This document shows, in pieces, positions 1 to 8,345 of a DNA stretch of 58,404 nt. The stretch is taken from the NCBI GenBank assembly GCA_964464975.1, contig CAYXKV010000002.1, forward strand, positions 1 to 58,404, read 5' to 3'. The translations under genes were made by a program, and so were the position numbers. Source of the DNA: an uncultured Candidatus Saccharibacteria bacterium (GTDB lineage Bacteria > Patescibacteriota > Minisyncoccia > Phycocordibacterales > WO2-35-19). The stretch's first letter is position 1. Every line of letters begins with the position of its first letter. The notes under the pieces were generated by a model, which worked only from the letters and a program-made list of their open reading frames with translations, searched no databases and was not told the origin of the DNA.

Positions 1-88
1 TTTCATATCAAAACACTAACAGAAATATTTAAATTCAAAAGATAATCTGCCAAACCTATACCTGCATGATAGCAGCCAAGGGACGACC

Positions 89-2731
89 ATGGCCAGCAGA
101 GGAACTTTGAATATAAATAATTCAAGGTTTGAAAATATCGAAAAAAACTCAATTTCCGGTTATCAGCAAAGCACAGTTAACGCAAGCGATATTGAAATAA
201 GAAACACAAACAGACGTGAGGCCGTGATGATGACTGAAAATTCAAAACTTACTGGCAAAAACATCAATATTTTCGATTCGGGGTTTGCTTTTGCCCTCGG
301 ACTCTATGGTGGGCACGCGGAGATCGAGGATTCAATATTTTCGGGCGGTTTGAGTAACGGAATCAGTTTGTTCGACTCGTGGACCAAAGAAAAGTCAACC
401 CTAAAGATCAAGAATTCAACGACAGAAGACTTTATGGATACCGGCATAGGAATTTACAAGAGTGAAGCCAATATCGAAAGGACTATCGTGAGAGATAATA
501 TTATTGGTATATGGGCAAATGGCATAAATCAGATAAATATTTCCGAAAGCTCTATTTACGGAAATCTCGAATATGGAGCAGAGTCGTATACTTCCTTGCC
601 GATAAACGCAGTCAACAATTGGTGGGGAGATGAGACTGGTCCGTATGAAGAAATCAGAAATCCGGAAGGCTGGGGTGATGAAATAAGAGGAAACATCAAT
701 TTCGACCCGTGGCTTACCTATGATCCGAATGAAGAAGTAGCCAAGTGTTGTTCAAACGTACTGTTTTTACCAGGGTTTATGGCGAGTGAGTTGTTTATGC
801 AAGGAAATTTTGCGGAGGACCAGCTATGGCCGCCAAACAGCCTGCTTAAAACCGATGTCGAAAAACTTATGCTCGACGAAAATGGGTTGCCGATTACCCC
901 AGGGATTTATACGAAAGGTGTCATATCGGAAGCATTCGGAGTAAACGTGTACAAATCATTTATAGAAAGAATGGAAGATATGGTTTCAAGCTCTAAAATA
1001 AAAGAATGGAAATCATTTCCATATGATTGGAGAAAAGACCTCAATGAAATAGTCACTGAAATGACTGTAGTAAAGGAAGGCGATGATTTTAAAAATTTGA
1101 GGCTAATTGACGAGGTGATCGCTCTGGCCGAAAGGTCTCCAACCGGAAAAGTGACGATAATTGGACACAGCAACGGAGGCCTTGTGGGCAAGATGCTCAT
1201 AAAAGAGTTAACTCAAAGAGGAAAGGCAGAAATTGTAGATAAATTCGTTTTGATTGCAACGCCGCAACTTGGAACTCCAAAAGCTATTGCTAGTCTTTTG
1301 CACGGTGACCAACAAGAAATCCCACCATTTCTTGGTATTTTTATGAACAAGGAAATAGCAAGGGAGCTCGGGAAAAATATGCAATCTGCATACAATCTTA
1401 TTCCATCAAGTAAATATTTTGGTGGGGACGAAAGTCCGTTAATAACTTTTCATGAGTCAATAAAGGATGTGTTTGACTATTCAGCCGCAGGGTTTAATAA
1501 GGAAATTTCCGGCTATTTCGAGGTGCAAAATTTTATATCCTCACCTCTTAGGGGATCAACCTTGGGCGAACAAACCAATGTACCCTTGTCATTAAAGTCT
1601 GATTTAATTCAAAATGCAGGCAATACCCTGAGTCAACTTTCAACTTTGGACTTTCCCAAGGATGTTTCTATATATGAAATTATCGGTGCAGGAGTAGATA
1701 CAATAAGCAGTGTAAATTATAGGTCTAAAAAAGAAAATATCTGCCGAGACGAAGGAGAAGTATACGTGTGCACTCCTGAGAGCGTTTGGGACAGGCGACT
1801 TATATTTACTGCTAAAGGTGATGGAACTGTTGTGCTCAAAAGTACGGCTGATTATCAAAACTCCTCTGAATATTATCTGGATCTTTTTGAAATGAATAAG
1901 AGCTTCGGATTCAACTTTAAACACCACAATATACTCGAGTCACCTGAGCTGCTCGATTTGGTTAAAAGCATTGCTACTGAAGAGTTGAATGATTCATCAC
2001 TGCCGCAGTATGTATCAACGCTCGAACCCGCAATACCAAAAAGTAAAATACAGCTTAGCGTCCACTCTCCGGTATCTATAGAAGCAATTGATGAAGGCCT
2101 AAAGTTTACTGGGTGTGATAGCTCACAGTTAAATGAAGGATTTCTTTTTATCAAAGAGGAGATCCCCAATAGCTATTATTTTGAAATAGACGGAGATAAA
2201 TACATCGGTCTAGATGTGAGTAAAGACTATGAGGTAAGGGTAAGGGGTTTGGATGCAGGAACTTTTACACTTGAGGCTCAAGTGCTAGACGACGGGGCAA
2301 CAACCCAAAGCTATAAATTCATAGATATACCAGTAACTTCAAATTCAGAATATTTTCTTGAGATTAAAGATGGCTCCTTGCCACAAAGTATGAAAGTCGA
2401 TGTTGATGGCGACGGCAATATCGATACGGAGGTACATGAAAATGATAGGTTTGACCCAATTTCCTATCTAAATATGATGAAACTCATAATCAAGTCGTTC
2501 GAACTTGATAGATCGCAAGAAACTGATTTGATTGTTAAAATAGATAATGTAATAAAGTTCTTAGAAAACAGCCAGAATGATTCAGTCTCAAAAGCACAAG
2601 TTTTCTTAAAAAAATTAGATAGAAAATTTGGTAAAATGTATAACGGGCATAAGAAAACTAAACTGACCGAAGAAGAAATATTATACATTATTCAAAACCT
2701 TAAATTGTTTATTAATAACTTAATTAAATGA
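89..2731 (+). CDS. Large multidomain protein: N-terminal parallel beta-helix-type repeats fused to an alpha/beta-hydrolase (lipase / LCAT / PGAP1-like) domain
   Basis: 880-aa ORF. Repetitive beta-helix-like segments (NINIFDSGFAFALGLYGGHAEIEDSIFSGG; IVRDNIIGIWANGINQINISESSIYGN). GHSNGG (G-x-S-x-G) nucleophile elbow. No obvious signal peptide at the annotated Met. The frame is closed upstream by TAA at 17-19. Confidence 0.6.
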   Translation: MASRGTLNINNSRFENIEKNSISGYQQSTVNASDIEIRNTNRREAVMMTENSKLTGKNINIFDSGFAFALGLYGGHAEIEDSIFSGGLSNGISLFDSWTKEKSTLKIKNSTTEDFMDTGIGIYKSEANIERTIVRDNIIGIWANGINQINISESSIYGNLEYGAESYTSLPINAVNNWWGDETGPYEEIRNPEGWGDEIRGNINFDPWLTYDPNEEVAKCCSNVLFLPGFMASELFMQGNFAEDQLWPPNSLLKTDVEKLMLDENGLPITPGIYTKGVISEAFGVNVYKSFIERMEDMVSSSKIKEWKSFPYDWRKDLNEIVTEMTVVKEGDDFKNLRLIDEVIALAERSPTGKVTIIGHSNGGLVGKMLIKELTQRGKAEIVDKFVLIATPQLGTPKAIASLLHGDQQEIPPFLGIFMNKEIARELGKNMQSAYNLIPSSKYFGGDESPLITFHESIKDVFDYSAAGFNKEISGYFEVQNFISSPLRGSTLGEQTNVPLSLKSDLIQNAGNTLSQLSTLDFPKDVSIYEIIGAGVDTISSVNYRSKKENICRDEGEVYVCTPESVWDRRLIFTAKGDGTVVLKSTADYQNSSEYYLDLFEMNKSFGFNFKHHNILESPELLDLVKSIATEELNDSSLPQYVSTLEPAIPKSKIQLSVHSPVSIEAIDEGLKFTGCDSSQLNEGFLFIKEEIPNSYYFEIDGDKYIGLDVSKDYEVRVRGLDAGTFTLEAQVLDDGATTQSYKFIDIPVTSNSEYFLEIKDGSLPQSMKVDVDGDGNIDTEVHENDRFDPISYLNMMKLIIKSFELDRSQETDLIVKIDNVIKFLENSQNDSVSKAQVFLKKLDRKFGKMYNGHKKTKLTEEEILYIIQNLKLFINNLIK

Positions 2732-2916
2732 AATACTGGTCTATTTTCACCTTAATATATTTGCTATTAGCAATATTCTTGGTTAACAATAATAACAATA
2801 TTTTTATTACAGATAGTAAGGGGACATCAATAATATTGCTCATAATATATCTATTAATAGTTGTACTTTTTTTTATCATTAAATTCCTGTTGAAAATACT
2901 TAAAAATAGGATCTAG
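2728..2916 (+). CDS. Small hydrophobic (2-TM) hypothetical protein
   Basis: 62-aa ORF with a 4-nt ATGA overlap with the upstream gene. Two hydrophobic stretches. Very AT-rich, so a chance ORF is possible. Confidence 0.3.
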   Translation: MKYWSIFTLIYLLLAIFLVNNNNNIFITDSKGTSIILLIIYLLIVVLFFIIKFLLKILKNRI

Positions 2917-3006
2917 TATCAAAAGTAATATTAATTGAGCAAGTAAAGGAAGTGGAAATAGTAATCGGTAAACTAAGCAAGTATTTAAGAAAATTAGATA
3001 ATTAAA

Positions 3007-3306
3007 ATGAATAACAACAAGAGATTTATTTTAATTGAGCTCTTTATTTTTGTGCTTCCAATCGCACTCTCTTATTTAAACGTTAAATATTCAAGTATTA
3101 GTATTTTCGCTTGGGGCTATGATAATACTGTTCTAATAAGTTCAATTGCTATATTGATCTCAATTGTTGCCAATTTGTACATATTTTTTGTTAACAAAAA
3201 AGCGTACTCGGTTAGTAAATTTTGGTCGGTGTTTAGTATCTTACTTATAATATTATTGGCTCTATCTTTGTATATTGGTATTTCGGTATCAAATTTTGGG
3301 TTTTAA
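3007..3306 (+). CDS. Small integral membrane hypothetical protein
   Basis: 99-aa ORF with 3 predicted hydrophobic helices. No recognisable family. Confidence 0.35.
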   Translation: MNNNKRFILIELFIFVLPIALSYLNVKYSSISIFAWGYDNTVLISSIAILISIVANLYIFFVNKKAYSVSKFWSVFSILLIILLALSLYIGISVSNFGF

Positions 3307-3340
3307 TTATGTACTTGAAATGATTTGATAAAGTTTACAC

Positions 3341-3490
3341 ATGCGATACTTCGATAAAAATTTTTTTAAGTTTACGTTTGGATTTTTGAGTATTGTGCTT
3401 GTGAGCCTTTTCATCATCTGGGCTACAGCGAATTATGTGCAGGGCAGGGAAGGCCAGACTGCACAAATCAGGGACGCTTCTTTAAGATAA
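3341..3490 (+). CDS. Candidate 49-aa single-TM micro-protein (below the ORF-track cutoff)
   Basis: ATG 3341 to TAA 3488-3490. Translates to MRYFDKNFFKFTFGFLSIVLVSLFIIWATANYVQGREGQTAQIRDASLR. Ends 4 nt before the next gene. Confidence 0.2.
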   Translation: MRYFDKNFFKFTFGFLSIVLVSLFIIWATANYVQGREGQTAQIRDASLR

Positions 3491-3494
3491 AACT

Positions 3495-4808
3495 ATGAAA
3501 AAGTCTGCGATAAAATTTTTAATAATCTGCTCAGCTGCCGTTTTGCCTCTTCTTGCTATGGCCGAGGTATCGAAGATATCGTTTACAACGGAGGAGCAAA
3601 CCATAAAACCCGGCGCTATTTCTGAGCCCATAACCATACAGACTCAAGACTCATCAGGTAATCCATTTCAAACTCCAGAGACAATCGATCTGGAGTTTGT
3701 TTCTTCATCAGCTACGGGAGAATTTTTGAATAGCTCGGGTAACCCTGCAACCAAGACTATGAGCGTAAACACCGCAAACCGCACCTTTTACTATCGCGAT
3801 TCAAGCGAGGGTGCTCACACTATCACTGTAAATGCGACCGGCAGGACAAGCCTGACTGAGTGGAGCGCAAGCCAAAAGATAACCGTTACTTCCGGGACAT
3901 CTTCAGAAAATACCGGAGGCGAAGTCTTGTCTGAAACGACGGGATTCCAGGAATCAAAGACCCTTTCTGCCACTTCGGGGTCATCGGCTCCAAGCTACGC
4001 TACTCAGTCTACACTCCTTGAGGTGTCTGCGGGCGGCGATAGGATCACTTCTCCGGGAAGTCCTATAAATTTTCAAGCGCAAATAAAGAAAAACACCGTT
4101 TCGAACCAAGCCGTGAGCTTCTCTTGGTCTTTCGGGGATGGCAATGTCGGCGTCGGCGCTCTGGTCTCGCATTCATACAAGTACCCAGGTGATTACGCAG
4201 TAGTCCTCAACGCAAAGGCAGGAAATATTTTTGCCGTAAGCAGGCTGAAAGTGAAAGTTATAAATCCTTTAATTTCTCTTGCGCTTCAAGATGGATATAT
4301 AGAAATATCGAACGATACTAATTCTGAAATAAACCTATTCAACTGGAAACTAGTAAGCGGCAACAGGGGCTTTATTTTCCAACCTGACACCATTATTCTG
4401 CCTAAATCAAAGCTCAAAATAGACAAATCGCTTCTGACGATGAAAGGAGAGGCAGAAAGCGGGACTATGCTGAAAAATTATTTAGGAGAAGCGGTTTCAT
4501 TTATACCTTTGACGTCAAAAAACGAAGTGAACGATATTGCTGCAAAAGCAGACGAGGTACAAAGACAAACTTATGCTTTGGTCAGCAAGGCAATAGAGCT
4601 TAATCTGGTGGAAGAATCTCCGGCACCAAAGATTAGAGCCGCAAAAACCGAACAAGCTGCATCCGTATCTCTTGCGTCGCAGGGTGAGGCGCCTGTTCAG
4701 GCGGATTCTCCGGACACTCAGGAAAATCAAAACATACTTTATGAAGTCCCAGAGGAAAGGAGCTTTATATCCAAAATAGTCGCATTTTTTGGTTCAATAT
4801 TTGACTAA
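3495..4808 (+). CDS. Secreted protein with a PKD domain and a lamin-tail-like C-terminal module
   Basis: N-terminal signal peptide (MKKSAIKFLIICSAAVLPLLAMA). PKD signature FSWSFGDGNVGVGALVSHSYKYPGDYAVVLNA. NWKLVSGNRGFIFQPDTIILPKSKLKI resembles an LTD domain. Confidence 0.75.
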   Translation: MKKSAIKFLIICSAAVLPLLAMAEVSKISFTTEEQTIKPGAISEPITIQTQDSSGNPFQTPETIDLEFVSSSATGEFLNSSGNPATKTMSVNTANRTFYYRDSSEGAHTITVNATGRTSLTEWSASQKITVTSGTSSENTGGEVLSETTGFQESKTLSATSGSSAPSYATQSTLLEVSAGGDRITSPGSPINFQAQIKKNTVSNQAVSFSWSFGDGNVGVGALVSHSYKYPGDYAVVLNAKAGNIFAVSRLKVKVINPLISLALQDGYIEISNDTNSEINLFNWKLVSGNRGFIFQPDTIILPKSKLKIDKSLLTMKGEAESGTMLKNYLGEAVSFIPLTSKNEVNDIAAKADEVQRQTYALVSKAIELNLVEESPAPKIRAAKTEQAASVSLASQGEAPVQADSPDTQENQNILYEVPEERSFISKIVAFFGSIFD

Positions 4809-4975
4809 AAATGCAAATCGTGTAATATGGAGGCAACGGCTTCGAAGACCACGGGCATTCAATAAGTCCCGTGCAGGAGTTCATCTCATCATCAAAGCCG
4901 GTCGGGTTTTTTTAATTTGCCCGAATTGGTCGAAAAATATTAATCACTACTTACATAAAAGTAAGTACTAATTAA
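4809..4975 (+). promoter_or_regulatory. Candidate rplJ (L10) leader / attenuator
   Basis: 167-nt untranslated region upstream of rplJ. Hairpin CACGGG(4850-4855)/CCCGTG(4868-4873) is nested in CGGCTT(4837-4842)/AAGCCG(4885-4890) and followed by a T7 run (4897-4903). The L10-leader identity was not verified by a covariance model. Confidence 0.25.
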
Positions 4976-5461
4976 ATGGCAATAGGAAAAGAAAAGAAAA
5001 AAGAGATAGTCTCTAAACTTAAAGACGTCGTCCATAATTCGAAGTCTGTCGTTTTCCTCAATTTCAAGGGACTTACTGTAGCGGATGCTTCAACATTGCG
5101 AAGAGAGCTCCGCAATAACGGCGTGGGCTACAAGGTGGCCAAAAAGACTCTTTTCAGGAAAGTGCTTGGGGAGTCAAAAATTGATGGCAAAGTGCCAGAG
5201 CTTAAAGGGGAACTCGCAATAGCCTTTGGAGGAGACCCTATGGCTCCATCCAGAAAGATTTACGAATTCCAAAAGAAATTGGAAGGCAAAGTCTCCATCA
5301 TCGGAGGCATATTCGATGGTGCCTATAAAAACATGGAGGAGATGGTCAACATCGCATCCATCCCGTCCATAGAAGTTCTGCGAGGTATGTTTGTGAACAT
5401 CATTAACTCGCCGATACAGAGATTCGCTGTCGCCCTTAACCAGATAGCAAGCAAAAAATAA
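4976..5461 (+). CDS. rplJ: 50S ribosomal protein L10
   Basis: 161 aa with typical L10 N-terminus (KKEIVSKLKDVVHNSKSVVFLNFKGLTVADASTLRRELR). Followed by rplL. Confidence 0.95.
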   Translation: MAIGKEKKKEIVSKLKDVVHNSKSVVFLNFKGLTVADASTLRRELRNNGVGYKVAKKTLFRKVLGESKIDGKVPELKGELAIAFGGDPMAPSRKIYEFQKKLEGKVSIIGGIFDGAYKNMEEMVNIASIPSIEVLRGMFVNIINSPIQRFAVALNQIASKK

Positions 5462-5493
5462 TTTTCAATTTATAATTAAAAATTTAAAAAATT

Positions 5494-5931
5494 ATGTCAG
5501 AAGAAACAACAACAGCCGCTTCCGCTGAAAGCTCCAGTGAGCCAAAGGAAGTAAAAGTACCAACCAAGTTTGCAAAGATTGTCGAAGAAATAGAGAAGAT
5601 GTCGGTGCTCGAACTTCATGAACTCGTCAAAATTTTTGAAGAGAAGTTTGGAGTCAGTGCGAGCGCAGTTGCCATTGGGCCCGCCGTCGCCAGTGGCTCT
5701 GGCGAGGCAAAGGAGGAAAAGTCTGCATTTACGGTTGAGCTCACAGACGGGGGAGCACAAAAGATCGCGGTTATCAAGGTGGTCAAAGAAGTTTTGAGCC
5801 TAGGCCTCAAGGATGCCAAGGACAAAGTTGATGGTGCTCCGGTAGTTCTAGCAGAGAATATGAAGAAAGAAGACGCCGAAAATCTCAAGAAAGCAATTGA
5901 GGAAGCCGGAGGAAAAGTTACACTTAGGTAA
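5494..5931 (+). CDS. rplL: 50S ribosomal protein L7/L12, with an acidic/Ser-rich N-terminal extension of about 25 aa
   Basis: MSVLELHELVKIFEEKFGV dimerisation motif. C-terminal domain KIAVIKVVKEVLSLGLKDAKDKVDGAPVVLAENMKKEDAENLKKAIEEAGGKVTLR. Confidence 0.95.
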   Translation: MSEETTTAASAESSSEPKEVKVPTKFAKIVEEIEKMSVLELHELVKIFEEKFGVSASAVAIGPAVASGSGEAKEEKSAFTVELTDGGAQKIAVIKVVKEVLSLGLKDAKDKVDGAPVVLAENMKKEDAENLKKAIEEAGGKVTLR

Positions 5932-5958
5932 GCTTAGAGCTTGAAGCTAAGAGCTAAG
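5931..5958 (+). repeat. Tandem heptanucleotide repeat (AGCTTAG family), 4 units
   Basis: AGCTTAG AGCTTGA AGCTAAG AGCTAAG, overlapping the last base (5931) of the rplL stop codon (5929-5931). The same family recurs at 12013-12040 and, inverted, at 26913-26936. Confidence 0.8.
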
Positions 5959-5966
5959 ATGAAATT

Positions 5967-5996
5967 AAAAAACTCCTTAGGGAGTTTTTTGATTTT
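5967..5996 (+). terminator. Rho-independent terminator after rplL
   Basis: AAAAAACTCC(5967-5976) TTAG GGAGTTTTTT(5981-5990), followed by further T residues. Confidence 0.8.
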
Positions 5997-6059
5997 TTAA
6001 TGACAGTACACATTTTCTTCGCTTTAAATTCAATAACGCTTATTTAAAAAAATCAACAT

Positions 6060-6089
6060 TTGGAAAAAAGGCGGGTGTTGGGGTAGAAT
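6060..6089 (+). promoter_or_regulatory. Sigma-70-like promoter; downstream gene nearly leaderless
   Basis: TTGGAA (6060-6065), 18-nt spacer, TAGAAT (6084-6089). ATG at 6099. Confidence 0.45.
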
Positions 6090-6098
6090 GCGAAGACG

Positions 6099-6716
6099 AT
6101 GAACATCTTGGAGACAATTTTTGGCAGTACGGCAAAGGTTAAGATCATAAAGCTTTTTTTGTTCAATCCTGAAAAGACCTTTGACCCCAATGAGGTGGCA
6201 GACCGGACCAAAGTCTCCAGGGCTTCCGCCAGAAAGGAGATCTACAATCTGGAGAAAATCGGATTTGTCAGAAGCAAGCTTGTCTCGAAAGAATTTTACA
6301 GGCAAAAGAACAGGGAAGCCGTATCATTCAAAAAAAAAGTGAACGGGTGGACTCTCGACTCCAAGTTTCCTTACATAGAGGAGCTCGAGTCGTTTCTCAC
6401 AAACGTCAATCCTTTCAGGCACAAGGACATAATCGACAAGATTTCTCGCACTTGCAAAATACAGCTCCTTGTTGTTTCCGGAATTTTCATAAAGGATCCT
6501 GACAGCAGGGTGGATTTACTTGTAGTGGGGGATAATGTGAAGCAGGGTTTGCTTGAAAGCGTCATCAGGACCATTGAATCCGAAATCGGCAAGGAAGTTA
6601 GATATGCGGTATTCGAAACTCGGGAATTCACTTACCGCATGTCTATGTTTGACCGTCTTATCCGCGATATACTCGACTACCCGCACGAGAAAATCATCAA
6701 CAAACTAAACCTTTGA
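6099..6716 (+). CDS. Hypothetical protein with an N-terminal winged-helix (ArsR/MarR-like) DNA-binding module
   Basis: 205 aa. The N-terminal ~70 aa (KVKIIKLFLFNPEKTFDPNEVADRTKVSRASARKEIYNLEKIGFV) look like a wHTH. The C-terminal domain is unassigned. Confidence 0.5.
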   Translation: MNILETIFGSTAKVKIIKLFLFNPEKTFDPNEVADRTKVSRASARKEIYNLEKIGFVRSKLVSKEFYRQKNREAVSFKKKVNGWTLDSKFPYIEELESFLTNVNPFRHKDIIDKISRTCKIQLLVVSGIFIKDPDSRVDLLVVGDNVKQGLLESVIRTIESEIGKEVRYAVFETREFTYRMSMFDRLIRDILDYPHEKIINKLNL

Positions 6717-6839
6717 TCATTTATTTTGAGGTTTTCACTTTCTGTTTTGTGTATTTACTATCCACACGGCAAATTGCCAAAATTTGAGGCAAGTGTATAT
6801 TTTATGTTGTAATTATTAGCTTTTTAATAAATAATAAAT

Positions 6840-7526
6840 ATGACAATAGAAACTTGGAGTGAGGTTTTGCAAATCTCCTTTAGGAATCTTTGGCTCGGTG
6901 TAGTCGGCTTCGTACCCAATCTGGTAGTGGCGATCATAATAGCACTGCTAGGATGGGGCATTGGCTATCTTTTTGGCCGCGTGGTCCATCAGATTATCAA
7001 GGCCCTCAGAGTTGACGAAGCGCTTCGCAAAGCCGGAGTCGAGGATTTCCTCAACAGAGGAGGACTCAACCTAAATTCGGGAGCATTTTTGGGCGGTTTG
7101 GTGAAGTGGTTTATAATGCTTGTTTTCTTCATCGGGGCATTCGATGTGCTGCAGCTTTCACAGGTGACACTTTTCTTGCGCGATATTCTTTACTACATAC
7201 CGAGGGTGATCGTGGTAGTCCTTATCCTTATCGCCGCAGGCATCGTAGCGGACGCAATGAAGAAACTCGTGCTATCTTCGGCCATGAGCGCCGAAATTGC
7301 TTCAGCTGGATTTTTGGCCACAGTAACCAAGTGGGTGATATGGGTGTTTGCCATACTGGTAGCCCTTTCCCAACTTGGCATCGCTTCAGGGTTTGTCCAA
7401 ACTATCTTTACCGGACTTGCGGTGGCCCTTTCGCTCGGGCTCGGACTTGCCTTTGGTCTCGGCGGACAGGAAGCGGCTTCCCGAGTTATCGAGAGAGTGG
7501 GTAAGGAGATGTCAAGCAAGAAATAA
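6840..7526 (+). CDS. Membrane protein of the conserved TM-helix repeat type (MscS-N-terminal-like)
   Basis: 228 aa with repeated hydrophobic helices and Gly/Ala-rich motifs (GLAVALSLGLGLAFGLGGQEAA). The overlapping alternative-frame ORFs are shadows. Confidence 0.6.
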   Translation: MTIETWSEVLQISFRNLWLGVVGFVPNLVVAIIIALLGWGIGYLFGRVVHQIIKALRVDEALRKAGVEDFLNRGGLNLNSGAFLGGLVKWFIMLVFFIGAFDVLQLSQVTLFLRDILYYIPRVIVVVLILIAAGIVADAMKKLVLSSAMSAEIASAGFLATVTKWVIWVFAILVALSQLGIASGFVQTIFTGLAVALSLGLGLAFGLGGQEAASRVIERVGKEMSSKK

Positions 7527-7547
7527 TTTCAATCTGAAATATAACTC

Positions 7548-7660
7548 AGAAAAACCCCCGTTAGATAAAGTACCTAGAAGAGCGGTTTCAATATTGAAAT
7601 AGATGATTTTTTCAATGTTGCTACGAAACTATGGGTGTTTTATCTAACGGGGGTTTTTCT
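7548..7660. terminator. Perfect 22-bp inverted repeat with a 68-nt spacer (long-stem hairpin / bidirectional terminator candidate)
   Basis: AGAAAAACCCCCGTTAGATAAA (7548-7569) is the exact reverse complement of TTTATCTAACGGGGGTTTTTCT (7638-7659). Confidence 0.45.
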
Positions 7661-7723
7661 TTTACTTAAGGCTCTTAGTTTGATAGTTATTAACACTCTT
7701 TCCACACCGGTAAAATCACGGCG

Positions 7724-7751
7724 TTGACAGCATTTTCTCCTTGTGTATACT
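7724..7751 (+). promoter_or_regulatory. Strong sigma-70-like promoter (P1) upstream of the 23S-5S operon
   Basis: TTGACA (7724-7729), 16-nt spacer, TATACT (7746-7751). Confidence 0.55.
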
Positions 7752-7828
7752 TGTATTCACGTATGTTTAGAAACAGAAGAACCGCGAAGCGCAAAAGAGG
7801 GTAGATACCCTTCTGGCTTGTTGTGAGC

Positions 7829-7851
7829 CCGCTTCGCAAGAAGCGGTTTTT
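7829..7851 (+). terminator. Intrinsic-terminator-like hairpin inside the rRNA leader
   Basis: CCGCTTC (7829-7835), GCAA tetraloop, GAAGCGG (7840-7846), then TTTTT (7847-7851). Followed by a 12-bp palindrome CCCCTCGAGATA...TATCTCGAGGGG (7856-7889). Confidence 0.45.
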
Positions 7852-8345
7852 CTTTCCCCTCGAGATAGCCCTAGGGTTATCTCGAGGGGGTAGAAAAGCA
7901 GTGACGAATGCAGGATCGTATTTTGACAACAAAATGCCACTACAGCATCGCTTTTTGATGAGTTTTGGGTTTGCTCTTTTGTTAGGGCTTGCTCTAAGCG
8001 AAGTTCCAATTTATTAATTGGGACAAAGTCGAAGGGGTCTTTGTTTGCTGTAAGTGGGGTAGGTAGCTCCATGGAATCCTTGGATAAGCTCGGGATCATG
8101 GGGCAAAATGCCTTATAGACTTTGGTCTCATAAGGCAGGATGAAATAATTCTTGGATTTCCTTTTCTGCCGACAGGCAGTTTGAAGGTAATTCAAGGGCG
8201 TATGGTGGATGCCTTGGCTAGAAATAGCGATGAAGGACGTGGCGTGGCGGCGATACGCTTCGGGGAGGTGCCTAGCAACCTTTGATCCGGAGATGTCCGA
8301 ATGGGGAAACCCTTTGCCTTTGGCAAAACCAGCACTAATTTTTGG

